Shown here: one piece after another, positions 1 through 16,003 of the stretch
How the letters are laid out: each line of letters begins with the position of its first letter
Numbering within the stretch: position 1 is the stretch's first letter
Origin: Amoebidium appalachense
Taxonomy: Eukaryota; Protista; Ichthyosporea
Length of the DNA: 64,000 nucleotides
Assembly (NCBI GenBank): GCA_963693365.1
Contig: CAVNZM010000010.1
Coordinates: forward strand, 248,001-312,000
Direction: 5' to 3'
Notes under the pieces: model-generated
Seen by the model: the letters and a program-made list of their open reading frames with translations, nothing else
What the model was told of the DNA's origin: nothing
The model's database searches: none
Made by a program: the position numbers and the translations under genes

Positions 1-120
1 ACGGGCGCACACACCCACACAGCCACAATCAGACATGCACATGCATTCAAGGATATGCATTTTATGTGCTTTGCACCCACACACACACCCAAGCACATAG
101 AGCACACGTGCGTGTGTGTG

Positions 121-157
<37 letters not shown>

Positions 158-173
158 ACACACACACACACAG

Positions 174-2903
<2,730 letters not shown>

Positions 2904-3400
2904 AATTCCCAAAGGAAAAAGTGTGCACATGAATGGTACATGCTTCCACAGATTTAGTATGCTGACGATCAATGATGCAGGAATGTATTGGATTTTCACG
3001 AATAATAACAAGTATTATGGTCTACTTAGTATGTCTCAGTGCTTTACACCAGTGTGTCACTGGCACATGGATGAAAAGACGTACCAATAGTAATGAATTT
3101 TGCTTACCTGAATCCCTGCGATTTTTGGGTTGCGAGTTGGTGGTGGTGGCGGGAATTTGCAGCCACACATATGCAGATATGCACACTCTGTGCAATGGTC
3201 TGCCCTTGTTTGCTTATTTGCCTGTATTTATAAATGAAACTGTCCGTCTTTCCTTCCTTCTTTGATATTTTAGAAACGAATAAAAAAGTAGGTATATCAT
3301 TTGGAAATGTGTCAAGCGTGACTTTCACAGTTTGGAAAAGGGAGGCTAGGCCTAATTAGGTTTTTGGTGAACATTCTTTGGTGGCGTGGGCGGAAGTTCA

Positions 3401-3444
<44 letters not shown>

Positions 3445-4533
3445 TCGCAGCAATTATAAGTTTTTTGACTGCATTTATTGTCCGAACGTCTGACAACTGA
3501 ATAAGTTCCCACACGTGTCGACCCTGCATAATACGCCATTTCATTTCTCGCACGCGTCCTGTCAACGTACGCGTCATGATTGCACCCCAGTCAAGTAACT
3601 ATTTCAAATTAATACTCCAGATTTCTGAGCTCGCATGAGCCCTATACTATCCGTTATCATGCACGTAAACGTTACATTCATGTGCAATCCATACGCGCAC
3701 GTGGCCGCCCATCGATCGTCACACACGTGTGCACACACGTGCACGAGCATCTTAAGCTTCAATTCTCTTCAATTCAGTATGTGTGCCTTATTCTTCTGTT
3801 CGACCTTTTGTTCTGCCGTGCACTAATTTGTCTTGATGTGTTTGTATGTGACCTTATAACTTCCAATTGAGTTTTCTCTACAAGTCAGCTGAGGAGCTCG
3901 AGCCGTTCCGAGGATCACGGCCGCCGCAGCATGTGGTGCCACGATGGCACACCGTTGAAGGTCACAGTGATCATGACTGAGGGGCCCCTTAAGGCACCCG
4001 GTGGCACGCACACACTGTACATCACGCACACACACTCACACACACCCGCACTCACACACACTCACACACACACACTCGACACACACACGCACGCACACGC
4101 ACACACACGCACACACACACACACGCACGCACACACACACACACACGTGTTCACACACACACACGTCTACACACACTACACACGTGTGTGTGTGTGCCAC
4201 TCCGGATCCAGCCACAGTATGAGCCAAAGCAAGGGTTACGTAATCATGCAACGGCATTTCTATTTTTAGTAATTCCCAAAATCACGTAACTACGGCAACC
4301 AAGTGACTCAACTGCATGTGTGCCACATCTGTCACCTATTTCTGAGGTTAAAGAGCAAAAACTTTGAAAGAGGTGGAAAGAAAGAAAGTATACTGAGAAC
4401 AGCTTACACAGCTTATATATCCCACCCAGTGTCCCACCCGGGATCTTTTCAATCCTTGTCAGGTTCGATAATCACCCACTCCTCAGCGGGTTTTGTCGTT
4501 TTTTGGTTTGGTTTTAGCAAAGGTGGCCACAAC

Positions 4534-5665
4534 ATGGATGATGCTGTGAAGCCAGCTGGTGGGCCACCGCCCCAGCCCCAGACCCCACGCCGACTCTTCC
4601 TCCGCATTAAATATGCATTCGTCGGGCGGCCCAATTTCTGGACGGGGGTGGTAATTTTCATTCTGTCGGTGATAACCCGTTTTTACAAGCTGGACATCCC
4701 CGACCGGGTAACGTGGGATGAGGCGCATTTTGGCAAGTTTGCGAACCATTACATCAAGCGCGAGTTCTACTTTGACGTCCACCCACCACTTGGAAAAATG
4801 ATGATTGCGGCCGCAGGTTACCTTACGGGCTACAATGGCAGTTTCCCGTTTGACACGAAGGGAGGACCCGCTTACGAGGATGCTAAGTACATGGGCATGC
4901 GCATTCTCTGTGCGGCTTTAGGAACATGTCTCCCCAACCTAATCTACGGCACCATGCTCAACCTCCGCTATTCGTGGGAGGCCGCTGTCCTTGCATCCGT
5001 CTGTGTGCTCTTCGACACGGGGATGCTCTCTCTCTGCCGCTACATCCTTCTCGATGCCCCCCTCCTTTTCTTCATTGCCGCAAGTGTGTTTTCATACACA
5101 CGTTTCACCACTTTTTCGGGCCGTGCGTTCCATCCTAGTTGGTGGAAGTGGCTTGTAGCAACCGGCGTTTCGTTGGCATGTGCCTTCGGTGTGAAATGGG
5201 TCGGATCGCTAACGATTATGCTCGTTGGGCTGGGAACCATTGCCGAACTCTGGCTAATGCTTGGTGACCAGAAGTTTTCCTTGGCAAGCCTCGGTAGACA
5301 CTTCATGGCGCGTGCCTTGTGCCTCATCCTCCTTCCCCTGATCCTCTACTCCTCATTCTTCTACATGCATTTTACGGTTTTGACGAAAAGCGGCACGGGA
5401 GACAACACGATGGGGTCAGCCTTCCAATCCACCCTCACAGGAAACACTTTGCACAACACCACAGGGCCCAAGTGGCTTGCCCTGGGGGCACATTTCACAA
5501 TCAAGGCACATCAGGTTAGCGGGGCGCTGTTGCATTCCCACCCTGACAAGTATCCCAAGGATGTCGGCCCGGAGCAGCAGCAGGTTACAACCCCCCCCAC
5601 CCCCACCCTGTGATAGTCGCTGGGGATTACGGTTTATGTCCGTTTTTTTTTCTTTTTCTTTTTTT

Positions 5666-5714
<49 letters not shown>

Positions 5715-6992
5715 GACAGAGAGAAAAAATGTGACACACACACAAACAAACAAATACACTCACTCACTCACTTACACACTCACTCAAAAGAGCACCCAGG
5801 CTCGTGCACATACACACACGCACACACACACACGATTTAGAGTTTGTTGCAAAGTTGCAAAGCTCGGACATCCCCCTCCCCCCAAACTCAAAAAGAACAG
5901 CACCACACCATTCCCCGGTGCGCCCACCACTCCGTTGCCCTCGTGTTTCAAATGGATAGACAGTTACTGCCTGTTTAGACACTCCCCTTGCTCCCCCCCC
6001 CCCCTCCCCCCCCCCCCCCCCTCCCCCCGCCCGTTTTCCTTGTCCCCCTCCGCCGCTGCCCACCTGTTTCTGGTTTTTCTTTTTCTTTTTCACAATTCAA
6101 TTCTTTTGTGTTTTTTTTTTTTTTTTTTTTTTTGGGGGGGGGGGGGACGGGTGCTTTCCTAAACCAATACATCATCCCCCCTCCCCCCCCCCCCTCTCTC
6201 CCCCCTTCTCAATCCAACACTTACAAACCTATGAACTAAAAAGAGGAAACATTCCACTAACAAACAATCATGCACACAGGTGACCACCTACCCCATCAGG
6301 GACCACAACAACAACTGGCTGGCAAAGAAAACCGAAGAAGAGAATACCTCGGAAGAACCAGTAGAATACGTCCTGCATGGTGACATCATTAGGTTAGAGC
6401 ATGTGAACACGGCTAGGAATTTGCATAGTCACTGGGACAAGGCCCCTATGACACCAAGACACCACCAGGTGTGTGTGAAAATATTCCCCGTGTGTGTATA
6501 TGGTTGGTTGTGAGTTGTTATTGGATTAGAGTAAAGGTGATAAAACTCGGGAAAAGGGAGTGGGGGGAGGGGGGAGGGAGGGAGGAGAGGTGTCCTGGGT
6601 GGCCAACATTGTATGTGTTGTTGGTGGTGTGTGTGTGTGTGTGTGTTGGGGGGGGGGGGGGGGGGGGGGGGAGGCTAAGATTGTCATAAGGATGTTGTTT
6701 CCCGCTATTGTGTATTGCATTGTTTTGCTGGGGGGGGAAGTGCGAGGAGAGGTGGGGGGAGGGAGGAAATTCGAGAAGCAGGGCGGGAGGGGAGGGGGAG
6801 AGGGAGAAGGAGGGGGGAGGAGAGAGAGAGAGAGAGAGAAAGGAGGGGGAGGGGGGGGGGGGGGGGGGGAGAGAGGGAGAGAGGAGGAAGGGGGAGGAGA
6901 GAGAGAGAGAGAGAGAGGAGGGGGGGGAAGAAAGAGTGAGAGAAGGAGGGGGAAAGAAAGAGTGAGAGACGGAAGGGAAAGAGTGGGAGAAA

Positions 6993-7025
<33 letters not shown>

Positions 7026-7595
7026 GAGAGAAAAGGAGGGGAAGGATGGTCTTCTCCATCAAAAAGAAACCTACATGGTTTTGGGTGTGCTTGCAATCGT
7101 CTGCACATTCGTGTCCCCGTGTCTGTATAGATGTGTGTGTTGCATGCTGCGTATTGCATGGACCCATCACCTACCCTATAACATTGCGAACTAGCAACAA
7201 ACCAATCAAACACTTTTAAAATCACGACCGTAACTCACAGCACACATTCCCAGGTCACGTGCTACGGCACCAAGGAGCACGGAGACAGCAACGACTATTG
7301 GCAGGTATTTATAGACGGCGAGAGGGCATCCCCCGAGTACGTGTGGAAGCTCAGGTCTGACGGCGGCAACACGGAGAGGTACCGTTTGCAACTTTTAAAG
7401 ACTCGTTTCCGATTGGTTCAACAGAATCTTAAGTGTGCCCTGTGTGCTACGGGGGCTACATTGCCTAAGGTAGGGAATCACTTCCCCTCAAACCCCCCCC
7501 CCCCCCCCCCCACCCACCCACCCACCCAACCCTCGCCCAACAGCAACACACACAGAAAGAGAGAGGGGGAAGGGGCCGGGGGGAGGGGAGAGAGA

Positions 7596-7634
<39 letters not shown>

Positions 7635-7740
7635 GGGGTGGCACAGACACACACACAGAGAGAGAGGGTGAGGGTGAGAGAGAGAGAATCCACACACACA
7701 CATACACACACACAGAGAGAGAGAGGGGGGGGGGGGGGGG

Positions 7741-7784
<44 letters not shown>

Positions 7785-9033
7785 GGGGGCTGGAGGAGGG
7801 GGAGGGGGGGGGGGGGGGGGGGGGGGAATAGAAAAAAGCAGTATCTCCGTCACACCTGTGCACATGCTTTCATGCAAGTACTCAAGCACGAAGAAGCCGT
7901 CGTCGGTATGTGAGCCACACACTTTGTTACGTGCTACACACCCATCAATTAGATAAATGTGCTTGGCTGTGTACATGCATACGGAGAGATTGAGGTAAGA
8001 GTAGCGTGTGTGGCTCTGTTCGTGCACCCGGGAGGGGTGGAGAGGGAGAGGGGGGGGGGGGGATTTCCAGCAAGTTTCGATTGAGTTTACGTCTCATCTT
8101 CTCAGCCTCACGTTGCACTGCCCTGGAGGCATAACACCCACTTATGTCCGGAAAGTTAGATATCCCAATTATGATATTGTGGTGTGCAGGTGCATCTACT
8201 GTTTCGGTTTCTCAACTAACACGTTTCTTTCACAGTGGGGCTTTGGACAAGGGGAGGTGTCATGTAACCCCAACACGAAGGGGTCGGGTACAATGTGGGA
8301 ACTAGAAACGATAATGGACCCACGCACAGACATACCCACCATGCACTCGGACGAGGCAAAACCCTCGTTTTTCCAAATTCTCAAGGAAATTCACGTCATA
8401 ATGGCCGAAACAAACAACAAATTGGTCCCTAAACCGGAAGACAACCCGTCTATGCCGATGGATTGGCCTTTGCTTGTGAAGGGACAACATTTTAACGGGT
8501 TTGAAGAGGATCGCGTGAGGATTTATCTCCTTGGTAACCCTGCTGTATGGTTGTGGTTGTGTATTCCTTGTCTCGTTGTTATGATGGGTGTGTTTGTCGT
8601 TGGATTGCTTGTCTGCCAGAGGCTTGGGTGGGGTCCGGGTGAGATTTTCGCAGGTGAAAAGACGACGTTCAACGGAAGGATGATTGCAATTGTACGTGAG
8701 GGGGGGTTCTTACTCGTTGGTTACGTTCTGCATTTCGTTCCGTTTTTCCTAATGGGTCGCGTTCTGTATTACCATCACTATTTCCCCGCGCAACTTTTCG
8801 CATGTATGATTGTGGGTGCTGTATTTGACGAAATTTTCAAATTTGCGACGAGCATAGGAATAAGGGCGGGCCTTTCTCACCCACGCACTATTGCAAAGTT
8901 GTTGCTTCTTGTTTTGGTTGCTGTGGTGGTGGGGGTTTTTGCGTTATTTTCGCCCCTGTCCTATGGTATGACGGGCCCTAAGAAGGATTATAACTATCTG
9001 AGGTGGAAGGATGATTGGCATGTGGATCAGTAA
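4534..9033 (+). CDS. POMT2: Dolichyl-phosphate-mannose protein O-mannosyltransferase, PMT2/POMT2 subfamily
   Basis: Exons 4534-5583, 6280-6468, 7254-7469, 8236-9033, all phase-0 GT-AG. Motifs: [19 protein letters not shown] catalytic loop, MIR domains ([27 protein letters not shown]), C-terminal IYLLGNP and [12 protein letters not shown]. Confidence 0.93.
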
Positions 9034-9676
9034 ATATCGTGGGGGAGGGGGGTTGATATTCTGTAGATACATCCGGTGTTTTTTTTTATTCCATATGCCT
9101 TGAATGGTTTGGACTGCATTTAGCGCGACTCAGTCGAGAAGATATTAACGGAGATCGACCATGCTTTCATAATACTGACTTTTGCTTTGTATTTTTTTTA
9201 CGTTCTTAAAACGGTATCGCCAACATGTAGTTATATCATGTACATGTTATATCTCGGATCTATACTGGACTGTGAAAGTGGAAAACCACCACAGCTGAAA
9301 ATACATTACAATCCCGGCGGCCCAGACCCCTGTATCATGATCACCACAATTAATTTTTTCATCCTTTCTCTTTGGAGCAATGGTGCTCCTCACTCGTGAT
9401 ATAAAATAAGACTCGGTGTGCGCTTGTGCGTGTTTGTGCACGATCTGTGTGTGCGTTTGTACGTGTGTGATTGTTTGTGCTCCATATACATGCACCCAAA
9501 AGATCGTGACTCATTATGACGTGCACATTTTGGGCAATGTTTATATTCACTGTCATATGACAGATCATGCTTGTTCATGCATCGAGCAGCTTTTGCGCAC
9601 ATCCATATCATATTGAAACCAATCACCTCACTGCAAAAATGACCGCCCCTAAGGCCTCCCTCCCCTTTTTTTCCCT

Positions 9677-9710
<34 letters not shown>

Positions 9711-10082
9711 CCTCCCGGCGCGATATTATACTTAAAGGGGGTTTCTTTAGGTTTCTGGGTCGGGTCGGGTCAGAGGGATTTCTAGCTATGTGATTAGTCT
9801 GCTGCGCAATCAGAGCCCGTTACGGTAACCGACATCTTTTGGCGGCAGCAAGGCACAGTGCTGGTGCAATTGCAGGAAAGCTATCTCATATCATGCTTGG
9901 CTGGACATTGGGGCTGAGAGAGAGGAACTGACTTGCCATAGACGATAATCGCTCAAATAGCTTCACGGGATATCCAACGAGATATACTCAAATTCTACTG
10001 TAGGACTGCTAAAGGCAGCAAAAGGTTTGGGGGTTACAGATAGTGTGTGTGTTAAATTTATGTGCATTTGCCGAGCGGATCA

Positions 10083-10124
<42 letters not shown>

Positions 10125-10854
10125 ACAAAACTATGATATATATATATGATATATATATATATATATATGCACATGTGTATATATGTATGGTGTGTGGCAC
10201 CGGATGTTCGTTCACTGTGTGTATGTGCGGATCTGTGCGCACATACACGTGCGTGTGCCTGTGTGGGTGCATGTGGGCATACACATTGTGTGTGTGTGTT
10301 GATGTGTGTGTGCAACTTCATGTGTGTGGTGATGTTTTTCGTGGACAGTTGCCTGAGGGGGACTCTAAAAAGAGGCCGGGCGGGTTGCCACTGTGTTGGG
10401 TGGCCGTGTGTCACGTGCATGTGGTGGTGTAAAAGAAATGTGGCCAAAAAATAGTCATATATTAAAGTCTTTATAATCAGAGGTTGGGGGAGGCAGGGGG
10501 GACATGTACAGGGATAATGAAGGGGGGAAGAGGTTGAAGGCATACCAACACAAATAGGCAGTGTGCATGTTTACTGATAAGGTACAGGGGAAAGCCATGA
10601 TCACGCCTCTACTTACAGAAGCAAAGTTACTGAATGCGGCCAGTTGAAGTCTGTGTGTGTGTACCAGCTAAAATTTGTGTGCCACGATGGCCACGTGAAC
10701 GTAGTGTGTGTACACGTGTGTGTCTGTCTGTGTGTGTGTGTGTCTGTGTGTGCGCGCACGCATGTGAGTGCGTGCGTGCGTGTGCGCATGTGTTTGTGGG
10801 TGCGGGCGCAGGAGGGAGCAGGGAAAGTTGAAGGATCCAACCAACCAACCAACC

Positions 10855-10933
<79 letters not shown>

Positions 10934-11339
10934 AAACAAACGCCCTGGCTCCCCCCCCCCCTTCTCACCCCGGGCGCCATTCTAACCCCTTCCCCCCACG
11001 TGCCTTCCTGTATAATTTCCTGCATATCCCACTTTGCCCACAGAATTTAACCACGAATACCTGATCCCCCTGCCCTCCCTTCCCCCCCTAGTTATTCCCC
11101 ACTTCGTTGCCTGCCCACCTTCCCGGCCTTCCCCCCCCCCCCCCCCCCCCCATATGCCCCCCCCCCCCCCCCCCCCCCCCCCAACACCCCCATCCTCCCC
11201 TACCCGTTTTTCCCCTCTCTAGATCTCAGGCCCCCCCCTCTCTGTCCGCCTCCCTACCCCAACAATCTCCGATGTGCCCTCCCTGGCATAAACAATAACC
11301 AGGGAATCGGCGAAGCATGGGGGGTTCCATATTAGATGT

Positions 11340-11760
11340 AAAAATACCATGGGCTGTGCATGCTAGGGGTCTAATGATGAAAATACGTTGTGGTCTGCAT
11401 CTGGGGTTCTATTGGCGAAGGGGTGTGCATCCGGGGGGGTCTCATGATGAATATACTTTGTGGCGTGCATATGCATGCTTGGGTTCTAATAATGAAATTA
11501 CCTTGGGATATGCATGTGCATGCTCGGGGTCTAATGATGAAATTACCTTGCGGTGGTATATCTCGGGGTCTAATGATGAAATTACCTTGTGGTGGCATAT
11601 GCATATGCTCGGGGTCTAATGATGAAATAAAACTGTGGTGGCATATCTCGGGATCTAATGATGAAATTCAGTTGGGGTGTGCATATGCATGCTCGGGGTC
11701 TAATGATGAAATTCAGTTGGGGCGTGCATATGCATGCGCGGGGTCTAATGATGAAATTCC
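11340..11760. repeat. Minisatellite, ~9 units of 39-46 bp
   Basis: Unit GGGGTCTAATGATGAAATT(ACCTTG/CAGTTG)..GCATATGCATGCTC recurs near 11366, 11436, 11480, 11526, 11565, 11611, 11650, 11695, 11740. Confidence 0.95.
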
Positions 11761-12059
11761 CTCAACCAGCCCGATCATCGCCCTATGTCCCATGCCCACT
11801 GACTATCCCACAATCTCCAGCCTATCGCCGTAAAAGGTTGCTCCACTTGTCCACAATTGATATGCCTGTGTGATAAAACAAGTTTGTATAGAAAATGCAC
11901 CGGTTTGATTCAGGCTGGGCAAGAAGGGGAGGGTGGCGGGGGGACTCCGAGAGGAGCCGGGGAGGGCCGGGGGAGGGGGGGGGGGGGGGGGGATGCACTG
12001 AGGGAGGATGGGGGTCGGAAAGGGGGGTTGTCGGGGGGGCGGGGGGGGGGGGGGGGGGT

Positions 12060-12283
12060 GTTGAATGCGTCAAAAAGTACGAAGTACACAAGAACAAACG
12101 GATAACACGATGCAGAATGCAAGCCATACATAAAGAGTATGCATAATAAGCAGAGCCCATCCTCAGGGGGGGCCCACGTCATCCACAGTACCCGAGTTTC
12201 GACCTATTCCCCTCGTTAATGAAACCCAACTCAGATACTGTTTCACTTGAACATGAGTAGGTCACCCGTCTTGATCAGAGAGG
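12060..12283 (-). mobile_element. Family B copy on the minus strand (fragment also at 26497-26580)
   Basis: Reverse complement of 50239-50424 extended by the CTGATCAAGACGGGTGACC segment; G-run on its plus-strand left side. Confidence 0.85.
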
Positions 12284-12561
12284 GGGGATTGGGAGTTTTT
12301 TTTCTTTTTTTTCTTTTTTTTTTTTTTTGGGGGGGGGGGGGGGGGGGAGGCCCGGGGGGATCGGGGCGGGGAGGAGGGGAGGAGGACAACACGACTGGCA
12401 AAATGAATTATTCCACATGAATACCACGGCAAGAGAGAGAGAGAGAGAGTCCATCCTCGGGGTAGTTCATATGCCTCCACAAGAGAACAGTGAGGGTTCC
12501 CCGAGTGGGCAGGCGGCCGCCCGGGGGGGAGGGGGAAAAGATCAAGAAGCTAGGAGAATGC

Positions 12562-12621
<60 letters not shown>

Positions 12622-13362
12622 TGTGTGTGCTGGGGAGTGAGGTTGTGATAAACAGAGATTTTCCGGTTTGAGCACCGGAGAAGGCATGAGCACATCAGCA
12701 TGGGCTTGTACCTGTAACCAATCAACCGCCACGACCGACACGTGTAGTCGTAGTGACAGTTGCTGGCTTTGTCTCGAGCCCACGGCCAGTAGCGACCTTC
12801 AGGCTCATTGGGGTGTAAGTATTCTAAATTCCTGTGGATTGTTGCCGAGGGGGGAGGGGAGGGAGGGGGGGGGGGGGGGGGGGGGGGGTGGGAGAATGTA
12901 CGTGTGTGGGGAGGGAGATCTAGAGGGGGACACCACCCAGGTGCAAAAAGGGAAGGGGGGAGGAGGGGGCCGAGGGGGGGATAAGGGTTGTTTGTTTATT
13001 ATTGATGATAACAAGCATAAAAAGGTTTCGGGCTGTAACAACACAAAACAGAATCACGGGTTTGTATCACTTTAATGGCCATAGAGCATGTTTTGCTCCG
13101 AGTTGCCGACAGCACATGGTGCACAAGTTGTAACCAGTAGCCGTGGTTTTGATCGCCCTAGAAAGCTTCGCACAAACAGGAACTTGTGGTCGGGTCTCTT
13201 AATTGCTAACCTGGTAGTGCTTGAATAGAGCATGCCCCTAGAAGCATTTCAGTCACATTTCAGGCCCCTAGCCGTGAAAGCACTTGATTACATTTTTGCA
13301 TCCACAGCTTAGGGCCTTACTGACACTACAGGTCCTCACTATGATCTCCCTTACCCTCCTGC

Positions 13363-13398
<36 letters not shown>

Positions 13399-15068
13399 CC
13401 CTCCCCCTTCTCTCCCACCTACTGACACACACACACGTCACAACCATATCATCTATCACCTTGAACCTCTTTAGTTGCTCAGCATGATCCCAAGTCCCTT
13501 TTTTCGACCTGGCAAAATGCACACTAACATGCCCGTCGAAGACTTGACAGTCTGTCATCACTATCACGCTCTATTTCAACTAAACATAACCCTATTCCCC
13601 TGCCTCCTTTGGCCAAGATTCCCTTAGCTTTTGAACCAACAGCACGCTTACGAACACAAGATGCATCTCAGACTACCGTTTTTCGTTTTACTTTCACACA
13701 CTGACACTTAGCTATAGGCCTATCTTGGAGGATGACCGTTTGTGCCCGGGGGAGAGATGGCGGGAGGGGCGGCCACGACTGTTGGTGAGCACAACAACAT
13801 GTGGTGTGCTGTGCGCACCGATGATTGGACGTACCGCAACAAGTTATGCGGCACTGCGCCTCCGTGACTTTGAGCTAATACTAGGTGGCTCACCACTGCC
13901 TATAAGAGTTCGGTTTTGTTTTGCGCGCCAAAAATTGGGTGGTTAATTGAGGTTTACACGGTTTATACTTATCGTTATTGAATGCATATTTGTTTACTAA
14001 TGATTTTTTGCGCTCGAATTGATGGCTAGTTTTTTTGTTTGATTTCTTTAAAAAGTTTTTCATGGTTTTTGGTTTTTTTGCTTTCCGAACAGACAAACAA
14101 ATATCTCCGCGCATAGTGGAGCTCTCTCATCCAATCGAAATGTAATGAGGCTGGTGTAATCTTAGCGATGTGCTGTTCGTGAATGATCTTGGTGTTTTTT
14201 CAAATTTAAAACCAACGCGCCAAAAAAAGAATTACTGTCATAAAGACCTTCCGACGGGTTCGTTTGTTTTACTATCCCTAGACCTTCAAGAACCAATGTA
14301 TATTTTTGAATTTTTCAACAGCTACTTCTATCTCATTAACATAACGACGTTTATGTGTGTGGCTATCAGTGTTGATAGTCTGTGAACTGTTTTTTTCCCA
14401 TTCCAAAAATGCGCGCCCATCCGCATAGATATAACCCCCTAGATAGCGGCGCCCCATTTCCTTGAAGATAGCACACAAACCTCAGCCTCGTAAAAACTTT
14501 AATGATTATCATTTGCTTATCTAACATTATTTATTTGTACACGAATGGTCGTAAGGAAACAGCCTCGCTATTCGCGATTTTTTTTTTGTTTTGACACGAA
14601 ATTCTTAGGATCTTATTACTGTCACAATTTTCACAAATGGACATTTGATTGGCTATGATCCACATGGCATCACTTTGTTTACTGTTGTCGACCAATCATC
14701 TGCTGAGACGCTAGACCTGCCAGGTTGCTCCCAATTGGCTCATCCAGGAGCCACCTGCTCTGAAACACGCTTGCATACCTCCCACAAGTCGGTGACTTCC
14801 GTTTTTAAGCAAACTATTAGGACCAATCATCTTGCGCTAAGCTCCCGCCATTCACACATGGCGACGCGGCCTATACTTGGCCTTGCATTTTTCAGCAAAA
14901 ATCATTAACTATTTGCAAAACAAAGTTAATATATAGTGTATAATACTTGATATTATAATTATACATGAATATAAATGGCATTGAGCACGACCTATTGGAC
15001 ATAGGACTATGGCAACCAGTGGCTCTTATCTGAGACACACACGTGGCTCACAGGTGAGCCCTCGTCAC

Positions 15069-15075
15069 TATAAAA
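15069..15075 (+). promoter_or_regulatory. TATA box upstream of zinc-finger gene
   Basis: TATAAAA about 90 nt upstream of a gtgagc donor (15161) and 164 nt upstream of ATG 15233. Confidence 0.5.
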
Positions 15076-15232
15076 AGCGTTCACGATTCGCCAAATGCTG
15101 TTCTAAATCATGCAATAGAATAGGCGTCATGTATTCTGGTCAGAGCAACGGATCTATTGGGTGAGCTGTGAGCACTATAAAATCCCACGTTGGCGCAATG
15201 TGTGGCAGTTTGTCTTTGTGTTACCAACAGCC

Positions 15233-16003
15233 ATGCACGATAATTTTCTTGGCCAGTCCAGATACCGCGGAAAAATGGGTCGCACGTTGTTCCAATGTTT
15301 GGTCCCCGGCTGCGACAGCACACCCAGCAAGAAGCATAACGTAGAGCGCCACGTATGGCTTCAGCACGTACGCAAGTGGATGAACTGCCGCACGCAGGAG
15401 TACAATGTTTCCGTGCACAAACGCTACGTCGAGGCATATGTTGGCCGCCATCACAGTAGCGGGTCAGGTTCGGATTTGCCGACGCCACCACCCACACCCG
15501 ATTGCATTTCCGAGTGCGGCGACCATTCTGCACCAGTTAGCGCAGCAAACACACCGATGGTGGGTTCCCCGTTGGTTTCTGCAGCGTCCACGCCGATAGC
15601 CACTAGGTTCCCAGCCACACCTTCGTTCGAAACTTACCTCGCTGAGCTAGCAGCCAACGAGAAGAACAAATCAAATTTCGAAGTAAACGGCGCAAAAGAC
15701 TCCAGCGATGACGTAACTGCGGCCAAGCAATTGGCTCTTCTTTCACAGCCACAGCAAGCGCGGGTGCAACAGACACAGTGGCAACCCAACGGCTACGAAC
15801 AGCAAGTCAACTACTACCAACCGAACTACCCACCCACCTTCCATCCGCACCAACCCTACCAGGCCCCACAGGCACCAACACAGTTGCGTTCTGGTCTTGA
15901 TGAGCTGGCTTTTGCTGCTTGTGAGATATCACGTGTAGCAGCCATGGCAGGTGTGGGCCCGGACTCTCTGTCCCTTGACAAGAGACATTGGCGTCCCTGG
16001 TAA
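15233..16003 (+). CDS. Single C2H2 zinc-finger protein, putative transcription factor
   Basis: Repeat-free ORF with C-x4-C-x12-H-x4-H (CLVPGCDSTPSKKHNVERHVWLQH), followed by P/S/T-rich and Q-rich regions. Start at ATG 15233 (or 15275), after a 5' intron 15161-15230. Confidence 0.8.
   Translation: MHDNFLGQSRYRGKMGRTLFQCLVPGCDSTPSKKHNVERHVWLQHVRKWMNCRTQEYNVSVHKRYVEAYVGRHHSSGSGSDLPTPPPTPDCISECGDHSAPVSAANTPMVGSPLVSAASTPIATRFPATPSFETYLAELAANEKNKSNFEVNGAKDSSDDVTAAKQLALLSQPQQARVQQTQWQPNGYEQQVNYYQPNYPPTFHPHQPYQAPQAPTQLRSGLDELAFAACEISRVAAMAGVGPDSLSLDKRHWRPW

Larger units (their letters stand above)
10617..13508 (-). other. Candidate spliced minus-strand gene of unknown product
   Basis: Minus-strand segments with splice signals: 13460-13508, 13211-13237, exon starting 13157, 12712-12831, exon starting 11865, and 10617-10650 (cacacacag acceptor, gtaagt donor). 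The repeat copy at 12060-12283 is also minus-oriented. No recognisable domain; frame ambiguous. Confidence 0.35.

Noticed and set aside
3888-3910. CTGAGGAGCTCGAGC hammerhead-like start
   Set aside because: Not followed by GAAA or stem III.
4303-4533. N-terminal extension of POMT2 in the ORF track
   Set aside because: Non-ATG start, and a pyrimidine-rich acceptor at ~4517 suggests 5'UTR intron sequence.
11340-11760. CRISPR-like array or tandem box C/D snoRNAs (ATGATGA in each unit)
   Set aside because: The spacers are homologous to each other, there are no cas genes and the context is eukaryotic; no paired CTGA D boxes or terminal stems.
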